The notes under the pieces were generated by a model. That model was given only the letters and a program-made list of their open reading frames with translations. It was not told the origin of the DNA and searched no databases. This document shows, in pieces, positions 13,164-30,118 of a stretch of 64,000 nt of DNA (positions are counted from its first letter, which is position 1; every line of letters begins with the position of its first letter). The position numbers and the translations under genes were made by a program. The stretch is from the human T2T-CHM13v2.0 reference genome, Homo sapiens: NCBI RefSeq assembly GCF_009914755.1, contig NC_060927.1. One strand, 5' to 3'.

Positions 13164-13535
13164 TGTTTTAGTGTGTTTTCTGCTGCTATAACAGAGTACC
13201 TGTGACTGGGTAATTTATAAAGAACTGAGGTTTCTGACAATGCTGGAGGCTGGCAAGTTCAAGGTCAAGGAGCCCACACCTGTGAGGGCTCTCATGCTGC
13301 GTTATCCTACGGCAGAAGGCGAAAGAGAAACAGACCATGCAAGAGGAGGGAAGAGGCCCAAACTTGTCCTTTTATCAGGAGACCACTCCCGCTGTAGCTA
13401 ACCTACTCCCACCATAACAGCATTACTTCATTAAGAAGGGCTTTGCCCTCTTAAGGATCTCACCTCTTAACATTGCTGCATTGCAGATTAAGTTTCCAAC
13501 AAATGAGTTTGGGTGGGTACATTCAAACCATAGCA
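13164..13535 (-). mobile_element. MSTC/MSTD solo LTR
   Basis: TGTTTTAGT...ACTGGGTAATTTATAAAGAA...CATTCAAACCATAGCA; TSD TCTAC/CCTAC. Confidence 0.9.
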
Positions 13536-14637
13536 CCTACCCATCTGTGAAGAAAAAGTCTGTTATATAAAAATCAAACACAAAATTATAAATAATGAAT
13601 AAAAGGCTGAAAGAGACTCCAAATAATCATAGCCACATCTTCAAGTCAAAGTAACAGTTTAAAAAATGGAGAACAGAAAAATAAAATGCAAGCTTCGGAA
13701 GAGTTAACTGAATATTTTTATTTATCCAAAGTCAACATGTAATTAGTGTTTATTCTCAACACACAGTGGTAACCAGTACACAAAAGATGACTGAACAGGA
13801 TTTGTTGATTAAAGGATACAATGAATAAATGCTTCAAAATTAGTTTGAAAAGTGTTAGTTGAAAAAAAAATTTAATATTCAAATTGTTAGTCAAAAATTC
13901 ATTGAAATGCTTGAAAATGATTAGTCTGCTAAAAGGTAACAACATAATTTGTTGATTAAAGAGCAAATAAATACTAAATGCTTGCAAATTATTAGTTTTA
14001 CCTTATAGGTACTACTTTTACCTATTGTGAATTTCCAGCTCACTTTCCCAGTCCTATTTGTATGATACTTATGTATGGGATAAACAAAACAAAGCATCCT
14101 GAAGTCTTTCTTGAAATTGGATTAATTAATTGCTACCAGTGTGCTCCTTGTGTTAATATACAATGTATTTTTGTAATGTCCTATTCCAAAGTTTTTAGCA
14201 TCTTAACCTAAAGATGTTTCTTTATCCTGAGAGTCAGGTTACTGTTTTCTTGTTGTAATATGTTTGTATAACTAGAAAACACTGAAAAATTTTCTACTAT
14301 ATGAGAATCAGTTAAGGACAGAGAAAGGTCTTGATTTACCCAAGATAAGCGCTAGGAAAAGAGATGAAGTCCCAGGTTTCTGGCCTGTATATGCAGTGCA
14401 CTGCCCTGCACAATTGTAAAGAAATTCCAGGCATAATGAACAATGTACATTTCATCATTTACATGAAAATAAAGTCAATACTCTAGAATAATACTTCAAA
14501 AATTGGTCAGTTTTCCCATGCAGTCCCTTGAATGGGGACATTTTGCTGTGATTAATAAATTGGGTCAGTAATAAACAGCATTAGCAGGTTAGGAAGACAG
14601 CCAAACACTAGTCAACATGAATTTTCCTCTATGAGGT

Positions 14638-15004
14638 TGTCTTAGTCCGCTCTGGCTGTTATAACAAAATGCCACAGACTCAGTGGCTTATAAACAACAG
14701 AAATTGATTTCTCACAGTTCTGGAGGTTGGGAAGAAGTCCAAGATGAAGATGTTGGCAGACTTGGAGACTGGTGAGGGCCCACTTCTTGGGTCATAGATG
14801 ACCGTCTTTTCACTGTGTCCTCATGTGGCACACAAGGCAAGGGACCTCTCTCCAGCCTACTTTATAAGAGCACTAGCCCCATTCTGAGGACTCTGCACTC
14901 ATGACCTAATTACTTCCCAAAGTCCCCATCTCCTCATACCATCATCTTGGAAGTTATGATTGCAGCATATGAATTAAGGGGACATAAACATTCAATCTAT
15001 AGCA
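14638..15004 (-). mobile_element. MLT1A solo LTR
   Basis: TGTCTTAGTCC...GGCTTATAAACAACAGAAAT...ACATTCAATCTATAGCA; TSD GAGGT/GAGGG. Confidence 0.92.
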
Positions 15005-16104
15005 GAGGGTGATTTGATGTCTTTGTCTACACACTGCTAGATTCAGAAATCTCCAGCTAACTACCTGATTAATTCCCAAGGCATTGCAGCTCCTGGATTG
15101 TGTGGAGGTCTTCAGGCTGGGGCATAGGTTGGGTGGATCATCCTGGAGCCACAGGACAGGGAGCATGCAGGACTCCAGGAGCCCAGAGTGGCCAGCGGCC
15201 CTGCAGATAATTGGTATTGTACATATGGTATTTTTATGTATTTTTAGTTTTGCTTTCTACAATTGCCTTTTCATCTTGTGGCCAGAACAATTTTAAGTAA
15301 GAATTTTCCACGTTTCTAGGCTGTGGAGTGAGATCAGGGACAGTGTGATGCTGTGACTCACTCCTTCCCCAAAACTTACTGTGGTTTTGGTTTCCACAAG
15401 TGGTTTTGCTACCACATTCAGAAATTATGTTTTTAAAAGTGAAACATTAAATCACTTGCCCACTTTCTGATAAGCTTGTTGTTTATCAGCAGATAACTTT
15501 GGCTTTTAGATGTGAAATCCATGCACTTGAATGTATAAAGTCATCCTTAACAGAATGCATGTAGCTCAGTCAAATACATTTGCTCATAAACACTTCTGGC
15601 ACTTCAATAAGCACTGAACCAGAGTTAGGTATATTCTCAGAGTATATCGCTAAAAACACTCATATAAAACACTCTGTAGCTACTCAAGTTTAGGTCTATG
15701 TACAATATAGCTTTTGTTCAGCAGTTTTATTTTTATCTGAATGTGCAAAGACTTTCAGCAACTGTTCTTTATGGGCCTGCATGCCACATAATGTTGAAAA
15801 CCAGCATTTTATTGACACGTAAAAGCCTTTCTAGTCAAACAAGTAGGCATAACTATCTATTTTTCCTCTTAATATGAATATGAATCTTGTGTTTCCTAGT
15901 TCAGGTATTTGGAAACCTTAGAGAAGGTGGGTTATCATGTACTTTCTAGAAAATGCACCTACCTTGATTCTGCAGCTTATATCCTCTGCAGAATTCGGCA
16001 TTTAAGGTAGGATTGCATTCATTCCCAACCCACCCTTAAACCAAAGTCATCTTCTGCTTATGGATATTTGGGTTTTATTGCCATAGATCTAGAAACTCAA
16101 AAAA

Positions 16105-16345
16105 CTTTGGTAGCCAGGTGCCATGTAAGATGTGTAACCACACTGACGCCACACCGAGAGCACACGTGTAGCCACTCGAGTTGACTGCCCAGCTTCGTAC
16201 CCAGCCAATAGTCAGCACAGACTCCAAGCCGTGTGAGCGAAGCATTGTCCATGGCCAGCTCAGCTGAGCCTAAATGACTGCAGCTGCTGCAGATAACCAA
16301 CTGCAATCTTGAAAGAAATCCCAAGCAAGAGCTGCTCTCCTCAGC
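16105..16345 (+). mobile_element. MLT1G/H LTR fragment
   Basis: GCCATGTAAGA...CCCAGCCAATAGTCAGCA...ATGACTGCAGC. Confidence 0.65.
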
Positions 16346-17114
16346 ATTTTGCCCAGAGAGAATTTGGAAGGGTTACTGGACAGGATTACTACTTAAAAGG
16401 TTGGTGAAGGATCCAGGGAGGGCTAATGCTGGCAGTAAGAATATTTGTATCTTATAAGCCCATAATAATCTCAGACATAACTCCTATGCTTCTACCTTTC
16501 AAAACAAAATCAGTGGGACCATGTTTTTGCACTTCCACATAAGCTCTATCAAAGTGTCTGTTACCATTTTGTGACTTTGGCTTTCCTTTTAGGTTTCACT
16601 CCAACTAAATTGTCTCATGAATGTTTGTGAGAGTGATGTTTACCCCCTCTGACCCTGTACAACATTAGGGTTGATGTCACGCCTCTCTCTGTATTTCTAT
16701 TTTACTTGCCTCTCAAGTGAAAGTATTGAATTATTGCTGTTCAGTGATCTTTTTTCCTTCCTAATTCTTTGCCAAATTTATTTCTTCATCCTCTAAATAC
16801 TACCGATAACCCCCTTTAAAATGCATCATAATCTGGACGTTTTATTTAGAACAAATTTACAGAATGATAATTGTTGAGAATATCTGGAGAAAGAACTTAA
16901 CAATCATTTCATTTGGAGGAAGTATTGTCTGGAGAATTTCACATACCTGAAATAGAAAAGCAACATACTTTGGTTAAACATAATATGATGGATACAGCTA
17001 AATGAGGGGCAGGGCACGAGGAGTGATTCACCTCTTCCAGCTTTTTGAAACAATCTACAGGGGACTAGAAGTCATCCTTTTGTTCTTCACAAGTCTTGCT
17101 TATATTTACCTGTA

Positions 17115-17428
17115 AAACCTTGACTTAAAGTCACCCTGTCTAAAGTAAGTCTCTCACCATTATTATTTTTTTAATCTCAGAAATCTTTTTCCCTCACAGC
17201 ACTGATTTCAATTTTGTAAGAACTATAATTTAAAAATTTCTGTGATTTTATAATTACTGTTTTGTAGTTTCTATTGTTTAGATATGTAAGGGCTCTCCCC
17301 TCCTCTGGAATGTGAGCCCTTTGAGGAGGGCAGGGAGGCTCTGCTATCCTTGTTTGCTGCTGATTCACCAGCACCAAGCATAGCTCTATGCATACGTAGT
17401 ATGCTCAATAAAAGCTTGCAAGCTAAAT
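17115..17428 (+). mobile_element. L2 3' fragment
   Basis: GGAATGTGAGCCCTTTGAGG...GGCAGGGA...TGCTCAATAAA. Confidence 0.7.
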
Positions 17429-17690
17429 ACTGGTAATGTAGTGTCAAGGCCATCACCACACTAGTCTTGTGGCTGAAGTAATTGTACATGTTACTGCTGC
17501 AGAAATTATGGCTATAATATGGGAGCTGGATTACCAGAATTATTTAATTGGTAATATTTACATAAACAGAGACAAAGATGGCCATAGGCAAGTTCATTAA
17601 GAAGATAAAGCTTGGATGAGGTGATTTGCATTGTCATATTTCTTCTTTCTCATTTCTAGACACGTTAGGGATATCTGAATGTTAATAAGA

Positions 17691-18577
17691 TGTCTTAATT
17701 GATTTAGGTTGCTATAACAAAATACCATAGACTAGATGGCTTATAAACAACAGAAACTGACTTTTTACAGTTCTGGAGGCTAAGAAGTCCAAGATCAAGG
17801 TGCTGGCAGATTCACTGTCTGTGAGAGCCTGCTTCCTAGGCCAGGGGTCCCCACCTTCCAGACCACGGACTGATACCAGTCTGTGGCCTGTTAGGAACTG
17901 GGCTTCACAGCAGGAGGTGATTGGCAGACAAGCAAGCAAAGCAAGCAAAGCATCATCTGTATTTATAGCCACCCCCCCATCGCTTGCATTACAGCCTAAG
18001 CTCTGCCTCCTATCAGATTAGCAGCGGCATTAGATTCTCATAGGACTGCAAAGCCCTATTGTGAATTGCATATGTGAGGGAGCTAGGTTGTGCACTCCTT
18101 AAGAGAATCTAATTCCTGATGATCTGTTACTGTCTCCCATCACCCCAAATGGGGTTCCCACCGCTGTTACATTATGGTTAGTTGTTAGTTGTATACTTAT
18201 TTCATTATATATTACAATGTAATAATAATAGAAATAAAGTACACAGTAAAGGTAATGCGCTTGAATCACCTGGAAACCATCCCCCCACCCAGTTCCGTGG
18301 AAAAATTGTCATCCACAAAACCAGCCTCTGGTGCCAAAAAGGTTGGGGACTGCTGTCCTAGACCACTGTCTTTTTGCTATAACTTCATGTGGTGGGAAGG
18401 GGTAAGGAATCTCTCTAGGGCTTCTTGTATAAGGGCAGTACATAATCCCATTCATGAGGGCTCTATCCTCATGATCTAAGGTATCTTCCAAAGGTCTCAC
18501 CTCCTAATACCATCACCTTGGGGGTTAGGATTTTCACACATGACTTTTGGGGAGACACAAACATTCAGACTATAGCA
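17691..18577 (-). mobile_element. MLT1A solo LTR interrupted by MER1A
   Basis: TGTCTTAAT...CATTCAGACTATAGCA; perfect TSD TAAGA/TAAGA. Confidence 0.92.
17842..18355 (+). mobile_element. MER1A (hAT-Charlie)
   Basis: TIRs CAGGGGTCCCCA...TTGGGGACTGCTG; 8-bp TSD TCCTAGGC/TCCTAGAC; 514 bp. Confidence 0.93.
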
Positions 18578-18964
18578 TAAGAATAACTCTTTAAGTAAAA
18601 AAAAAAAATCCTTTAAAATCCCAAGGAATTAATTGATTTTGCATATTAGATTTAGGATATCAACATGGGAAGGGAGTGAGCAAGTGGCAACGGGCTGGGA
18701 TGAACTATTTTTAGGTGGTGAAACTTTCTAGCATCCCTCAAATCACACCACATTGGATACTTGCTTCTTTTCTAATCGGTATGATTATCCTGAGCTAGTG
18801 ATTTTGGTTTCAAAAGGAGGGATGTTCAGAAATGGTTTGGGCAAGTGTGTCTGACTGGCCATGTTTTTTTGAACTTCGGAAACACCCCCTAATTTATAGG
18901 AAGTGGAAATAGGGCCATCTCAGCTGATTCCAGCAAAGTAGAATTATGAAGTGAAGAGAACATG

Positions 18965-19125
18965 AGAACAGATAGACCTGGAGATCAAATCTCCCCTGTG
19001 CCACCCAACAAATTGTTGACTTCATTTAGCCATTTTAAGGTTTATTTTTTTCACCTGTAAATTGGAGATGATAATTGTGAAGTTTCAAATAAATCACATA
19101 TGTGAAATGCTACCCATAGTAGGAA
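18965..19125 (+). mobile_element. MIR fragment
   Basis: TCACCTGTAAATTGGAGATGATAAT core. Confidence 0.6.
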
Positions 19126-19314
19126 ATTAACATATACCAATTACCTGATGAATAATTCAGGAAATCGTAACATTCTATGATTCTATAATTGTTATGAATC
19201 AAATATAAGTATTTATGCAAATTTTTATGTAGAGTTTCTTTCCCCCAAATCAGTAAACTGTAGATAGCATGATTCACAAGAACAGATTAAATCTCACTTT
19301 ATTCTTTTCACTTT

Positions 19315-19645
19315 GTACTTCCTTTCAAAGTACAATTTATTACACTATAAAAGTGCATAAATCTCAAGTTTATAGCTTGGCGGGATTTTTTCAAATGTAT
19401 ATGCCCATGTGACCACCACCCATATCAAAATACAGAACATTTCCTGTCCCACAGATGGCCTCATGGCCTCTCTCAGTCAATACTTTCCTCCAAAAGTAAC
19501 CACTGATCTAAACTCTATCTCCATCAAATAATTATATCAGATTTTGTATTTCATATGAACAGAAAATACTGTGTATTCTATTTTGTATTTAGCCCAAGTC
19601 TATGAGATTAATCCATATTTTTATGTGAGTAATAACATCATTTTA
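19315..19645 (-). mobile_element. L1ME 3' fragment
   Basis: AAAGTGCATAAATCTCAAG...CCATGTGACCACCACCCATATCAAAATACAGAACATTTCC. Confidence 0.75.
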
Positions 19646-20539
19646 AAGATCAGTCCCGGACTTGTCAAGAAAGAGTTATTTTCAGAAATAAAAACATCTC
19701 CTTACCTCCAAAATCTATCCATTTTTTTCTTTAAAATAGTCTAGATGGATTCACTTTTCTTTCTACTCCTTTCTGAGGAATCTTTTTCTGTTTGTCGTAT
19801 CTGTGATTTAACCCTCTCCATTTGCGCCATTTGAAGGTCCTGCTTGTCTAATTACATAAACCTCAGTCTGACTCCATTTTGTAGTTCAATCAGATAAATA
19901 GTGATGCTTTATATTTTATCAGTCAAGCATAAAAAAGCACAGAGAACTGAAATTTTCACTAGTCCCCTGGCAATGGCTTCCTGATATCCCAAAGGGGAAA
20001 GTGATTCATTTTTTTCTGCATTGCTGGATTCATCATTCAGTTTGATTTCTTTAGGGAGCAGAGTGCTGAATGCCCCTCAGGGTCAGGTTTTGGAGTATTT
20101 TTACTTTAATTACTATAGGCAAAGAGGAGGAAGCGAGAAAGTCAAAAATACAGGAATAATAAATGTAACTGCTCCATAATATGGCTAACACAGCTCTTTT
20201 ATTATATTACAGACCTGGCACAAACCGGACTCTACTTCATTATGTCAATTTTGGGTTATCAGGGCTTGATGTCATTAAACATTCAAATTATGACTAGTTG
20301 TTCTTATTTTATTTCCATGCTAAGCAAGAATTTATTGATTATAGATTGGAAACTCATGAGTTTTACCTTGTCAAATATATAGAGATCATTGCAAATTAAT
20401 TAATTGATACGATTTCATATATCAGCCTTTGTGAACCTCATCAAATTCAGTTAGTATCCTTGGTCAGAACAACTTTGCTAGGCTGAGGGTCTGTCACCAA
20501 GACAAGGGTGTACAGTTAACCTTCCCTAGGCAATAACCT

Positions 20540-20939
20540 TTTGAGGATGCTGTGTTGCACTGTCCAGACTGCTCTATCAGGACTGAAGGATTCATTCAGC
20601 CAGCTGTTGGGGAGGTTGTTAGCTGTTACCCATCTCCCGAATTGTCACTGCTAATGATAGTCATCTTGCCCCCAAATCATCCCCTTTCCCAGGTCAGCCT
20701 ACATCCAGTGACTGGTCAATGTAAGAGAACAGAGGCCTTGTTCTCTTTTCCTAACTGGGGACAACTCTGAAGGACTACTGTCCAGTGCCAGAGCTTCCCA
20801 CTGGGCCAGCTGAGGCCTTTGTTAAGACTGATTCTCACTCTCTCTTCTTCTGTACAATCATGCTTCTTTCTCCTCCTTTCCTCAGGTGTTGATCTTAAGG
20901 ACACTTTCTAATAAATGTCTTGCATGCCATATCAGAATC
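20540..20939 (+). mobile_element. LTR16A (ERVL), 3' end cut by MLT1A
   Basis: CATCCAGTGACTGGTCAA...GGGACAACTCTGAAGG...CCAGAGCTTCCC...CAGGTGTTGATC...AATAAA. Confidence 0.85.
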
Positions 20940-21334
20940 TGTTATGAACTTCGTTTTGTTCCCCCAGATTCATATGTTGATGCCCTAATCCCCAAAGGGA
21001 TTGCATTTGGAGATAAAACTTTTAGAAGGTAATTAAGGTTAAATGAGTTCATGAGAGTAGGTCCCTGATTCAATATGATTGGTGGCTTTAAAAGAAGAGA
21101 AATGGAGAGATCTCTCTCTCCACATGCATATGCACCCAGGAAAAAGCCCTGTGAGGACACAGCCAGAAGACTCTGCAAGTCTGCAAGTCAGGAAGAGAGC
21201 CCCCACCAGAACCAGCCAGGCTGGCACCCTTATCTTGGACTTCCAGCCTTTAGTATCATGAGACAATACATTTCTGTCATTTAAGCCCCCTAGTCTGTGG
21301 CACTTTGTCATGGCAGCCTGAGCTAATGAATATA
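20940..21334 (+). mobile_element. MLT1A0/A1 solo LTR
   Basis: TGTTATGAACT...ATTCATATGTTGA...GTGAGGACACAG...TTTAAGCC...TTTGTCATGGCAGCC. Confidence 0.9.
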
Positions 21335-21749
21335 CCCTCTGTTTGATTTTATATCTTCTTCAAACTTCGAGAGCAATCAAAGATCCAAGCATAGTACTTT
21401 CTATTGTCAGAACACTTGTTCTTCTTAGGTAAACTATTTGTGGAACTTAAATATAAATGAAATTCACAAATGATAAGTGTGGATCTCAATACATTTTTTT
21501 TTGCAGTTTTAGCAAGGCTAAGTCTTGCTTTTTTAATTATACTTTATTATGCTTTAAGTTCTGGGATACATGTGTAGATTGTGCAGGTTTGTTACATAGG
21601 TATGCATGTGCCATGGTGGTTTGCTGCACCTATCAATTCATCATCTACATTAGGCATTTCTCCTAATGCTATCACTCCCCTTACCCCCACCCCCCAGACA
21701 GGCCCCAGTGTGTGATGTTCCCCTCCCTGTGCCCATATGTTCTCATTGT

Positions 21750-25915
<4,166 letters not shown>

Positions 25916-25978
25916 TATGATGCTAGCTGGTTATTTTGCCCATTAGTTGATGCAGTATCTTCATAGTGTCGATGGTCT

Positions 25979-26999
25979 TTACATTTTGGCTTGTTTTTGC
26001 AGTGGCTGGTACCGGTTTTTCTTTTCCATATTTAGTGCTTCCTTCAAGAGCTCTTGTAAGGCTGGCCTGGTGGTGACAAAATTCCTCAGCATTTGCTTGT
26101 CTGTAAAGGATTTTATTTCTCCTTCACTTATGAAGCTTAGTTTGGCTGGATATGAAATTCTGGGTTGAAAATTCTTTTCTTTAAGAATGTTGAATATTGG
26201 CCCCCACTGTCTTCTGGCTTGTAGGGTTTTTGCAGAGAGATCCACTGTTAGTCTGATGGGCTTCCCTTTGTGGGTAACCCGACCTTTCTCTCCGGCTGTT
26301 GTTAACATTTTTTCCTTGATTTCAACCTTGGTGAATCTGACGATTACGTGTCTTGGGGTTGCTCTTTTCAAGGAATATCTTTGTGGTGTTCTCTGTATTT
26401 CCTGAATTTGAATGTTGGCCTGTCTTGCTAGATTGAGGAAGTGCTCCTGGGTAATATTCTCAAGTGTGTTTTCCAACTTGGTTCCATTCTCCCCGTCACT
26501 TTCAGGTACACCAATCAAACATAGGTTTGGTTTTTTCACATAGTCCCATATTTGTTGGAGGCTTTGTTTGTTCCTTTACATTCTATTTTCTCTAATCTTG
26601 TCTTCATGATTTATTTCATTAAGTTTGTCCTTAATCTCTCATATCATTTCTTCCACTTGATCGATTCGGCTATTGAAACTTGTGTATTCTTCACGAAGTT
26701 TTCATGCTGTGTTTTTCAGGTCCATCAGGTCATTTATGTTCTTCTCTGAACTGGTTATTGTAGTTAGCCTCTAACCTTTTATAAAGGTTCTTAGCTTCCT
26801 TGCGTTGGGTTAGAACATGCTCCTTTAGCTCGGAGGAGTTTGTTATTATTCACCTTCTGAAGCCCATTTCCGTCAATTTGTCATACTTATTCTCCATCCA
26901 GTTTTGTTCCCTTGCTGGTGAGGAGTTGTGACCCTTTGGAGGAGACGAGGCGTTCTGGTTTTTGGAATTTTCAGCCTTTTTGTGCTGGTTTTTCCTCAT
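25979..26999 (-). pseudogene. Disrupted L1 ORF1
   Basis: ATG at 26999 (MRKNQHKKAENS); open C-terminal part KPNLCLIGVPESDGENGTKLENTL...FVTTRPALQELLKEAL; frame broken upstream. Confidence 0.92.
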
Positions 27000-27708
27000 C
27001 TTTGTGGATTTATCTACCTTTGGTCTTTGATGTTGGTTTTTGATGGATGGGGTTTTTGCATGGATGTTCTTTTCATTGATGTTGATGCTATTGCTTTCTG
27101 TTTGTTAGTTTTCCTTCTAACAGTCAGGCCCCTCTGCTGCCAGTCTGCTGGAGTTTACTAGAGGTCCATTGCAGACCCTATTTGCCTGGGTTTCACCAGT
27201 GGAGGCTTCAGAACAGCAAAAATTGCTGCCTGCTCCTTCCTCTGGAAGCTTTGTCCCAGAGGGACATCCACCAGATGCCAGCCAGAGCTCTCCTGGATGA
27301 CCTGTCTGTCAGCCCCTGCTGGGAGGTGTCTCCCAGACAGGAAGCACAGGGGTCAGGGGCCCACTTGAGGAGGCAGTCTGTCCCTTAGCAGAGCTTGAGC
27401 ACTATACTGGGAGATCTGCTGCTCTCTTCAGAGCCAGCAGACAGGAATGTTTAAGTCGCTGGAACTGGGCCCACAGGTGCCTCGTTCCCCAGGTGCTCTG
27501 TCCCAGGGAGATGGGAGTTTTATCTATAAGCCCCTGACTGGGGCTGCTGCCTTTCTTTCAGAGATGCCCTGCCCAGAGAGGAGGAATCTAGAGAGGCAGT
27601 CTGGCTACAGTGGCTTTGCATCACTATGGTGGGTTCTGCACCCTGTTCACACTTCTCCAAGGCTTTGTTTACACTGTGAGGGGAAAACCGCCTACTCAAC
27701 CCTCAGCA

Positions 27709-27864
27709 ATGGCAGACACCCCTCCCCACAACAAGCTCAAGCATCCTAGGTCAACTTCAGACTGCTGTGCTGGCAATGAGAATTTCAAGCCAGTGGATCT
27801 TAGCTTGTTGGGCTCTGTGGGTGTGGGATCTGCTAAACAAGACCATTTGGCTCTCTGGCTTTAG
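27709..27864 (+). other. L1 ORF0-like antisense ORF (51 aa)
   Basis: MADTPPHNKLKHPRSTSDCCAGN...GSVGVG resembles L1HS ORF0 (MAGAPPP...SDCCASN...SVGVG); Kozak GCAATGG. Confidence 0.6.
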
Positions 27865-28323
27865 CCCCCTTTCCAGGGGAGTGAACTGTTCTGTCTTGCT
27901 GGCGTTCCAGGTGCCACTGCGGTACAAAAAAAAAAAAAAAAACTCCTTCAGCTAGCTCAGCTCAGTGTCTGCCTAAAGGCAGCCTAGTTTTGTGCTTGAA
28001 ACCCAGGGCCCTGGTGGTATAGGCACCTGAAGGAATCTCCTGGTCTGGGGGAAAACCATGGGATAGTATCTGAGCCGGATAGCACCGTCCATCCTGGCAC
28101 AGTCCCTCACAGCTTCCCTTGGCTAGGGGAAGGAGTTTCCTGACCCGTCACACTTCCTGGGTGAGGCGACACCCCACCCTGCTTCTGCTCTCCCTCTGTG
28201 GGCTGCACCCACTTTCTAACCAGTCCCAATGAGACGATCCAGGTACCTCATTTGGAAATGCAGGAATCACCCGCCTTCTACCTTGGTCTCGCTGGGAGCT
28301 GCAGACTGGAGCCTTTCCTATTG

Positions 28324-28333
28324 GGCCATCTTG
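28324..28333 (-). promoter_or_regulatory. L1 5' YY1 site
   Basis: CAAGATGGCC intact at the L1 5' end. Confidence 0.8.
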
Positions 28334-28689
28334 CCAGCACACCCTGAATACATTTTTATAAAAGGAGTACAACTATACAACCAGCACACAGACCAATAAA
28401 TACAGTCTTCTTTTATGTGTGATCTCGGTAATTTTTGTTCTTTTTGTTTTTATTTTTCTATATGAGGGTTCATCTTTTTGAAGAATGAAATTTGACTTTG
28501 ACAATTTCCCCTATTGTCTGTTTTCTATTTAATTAATTCTGCTTTTAAGTATTTTCTTGCTTCTACTTACTTTATGTTTACTTTGCTCTTCTTTTTTGTA
28601 GCTTCTTAAGGTGGAAATTCACATAATTGTTTTCAGATTTTTCTTCATTTCTAATATGAACATTTACTGTTATAAAGTTTCCTCTAAGT

Positions 28690-28925
28690 CAAGCTCCTCC
28701 AAACTGTGGCCCACAGGCCACATGCAGCCCAGGATGGCTTTTAATGTGATCCCACACAAATTCATATACTTTCTTAAAACATTATGAAACTGTTTTGTGC
28801 TTTTTGTTTTGTTTTGTTTTTTAGCTCATCAGCTATCATTAGTGTTAGTGTATTTTATGTGTGGCCCAAGACAATTCTTCTTCTTCCAATGAGGCCCAGG
28901 GAAGCCAAAAGATTGGACACCTCTG
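28690..28925 (-). mobile_element. MER30
   Basis: Reverse complement of MER30; TSD CTCTAAGT/TTCTAAGC. Confidence 0.93.
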
Positions 28926-29702
28926 TTCTAAGCAGTACTTTAAATGAATTCTCAATATTTGATATGTGGAATTTCAAAATATTCAATTTGAAATATTTTA
29001 CATTTCTCTTGTGATTTTTTTTAACTCAAGGATTCTTTAGAAACATGGTTTAATTTTCAAATATTTTGTGTTTTTCTAGACTTTTTTTGGTTATACATAT
29101 CTACATTTTTTCTTATTGTCAGAGAACACAATCATTATGGTTCTAGTTCTTTGAGATGTATTGAGCTTTTTGTAGTGGTCTGAAAGATGGTTTTGGTGAA
29201 TGTACCATATGTTTATAAAGAATGTATGCCTTCCACAATTTTGGGGTGTAGTCTTCTGTCAATGCTAGTTAGAACCAAGTGGTTAGTAATGTGCAGATCT
29301 TCTACATTTTTCTTTATTTTTTTCTAATTCTATTAATTTCTGAGAGACGTTATTAAAAATCTTCAATTATGATGATAGAATTGTCCACTTCTCACTTTAA
29401 TTCTGTCAATTTTTACTTCTTGGATTTTGGAACTATTCATCAGGGATATACATATTTATATTTCTTATGTCTTTCTAATGAACTGACCCATTTTTTAATC
29501 ATTTTTCTTTGTCATGAAGTTTCATTTATCTGATATTAGTATAGTCACTTAAACCTTCTTAAGCTTACTGTTGTCATGGTAAATATGTTTCTATCCATTT
29601 ACTTTCTATCTATCTTGTAGAGGGCACATAGCTGGATCATGCTTTTAAAAAGTATTAAACATTTTTTTCCTTTAAATTGACATGCTTATTTTATCAATAT
29701 TT

Positions 29703-29744
29703 AAACCTGCACATGTACCTCTGAACTTAAAAGTTAAAAAAAAA
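29703..29744 (+). mobile_element. Extremely 5'-truncated L1PA 3' end
   Basis: AAACCTGCACATGTACCTCTGAACTTAAAAGTTAAAAAAAAA. Confidence 0.65.
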
Positions 29745-30095
29745 TTTTTGACAAGAGAAAATTTAACTCTACCATTTTACTTTTTAATTTTTGTTTATCT
29801 CCTAACTAGTTTTTTTGTTTCCATTTCTCCTTGTGTAGTTTCATTTGGATTATCGAACATTTTTATAATTATATTTTAATTTAATTAATCATTTTTGAGC
29901 TATAACTGTGAGGATTTTGTTGGTTGTTCTAGGGATTAAAATAAGTGTCTTGTCACAGTCAATTTAGGGTTGATATTGCACTAGTTTATGTAAAATATTA
30001 AAATCTAGCAACCATTTATGTCCATTTACCCCTTTCTCACCATTTATGTTATAGTTTTTGTATGTATCACATTAAACTGTGTTTAAAAAAAACCC

Positions 30096-30118
30096 GATAG
30101 ATAGATAGATAGATAGAT
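30096..30118. repeat. (GATA)n microsatellite
   Basis: About 5.75 copies. Confidence 0.9.

Noticed and set aside
14638-18577. Two same-orientation MLT1A LTRs as the ends of one provirus
   Set aside because: Each has its own TSD (GAGGT/GAGGG and TAAGA/TAAGA) and the spacer is not MaLR internal sequence; these are independent solo LTRs
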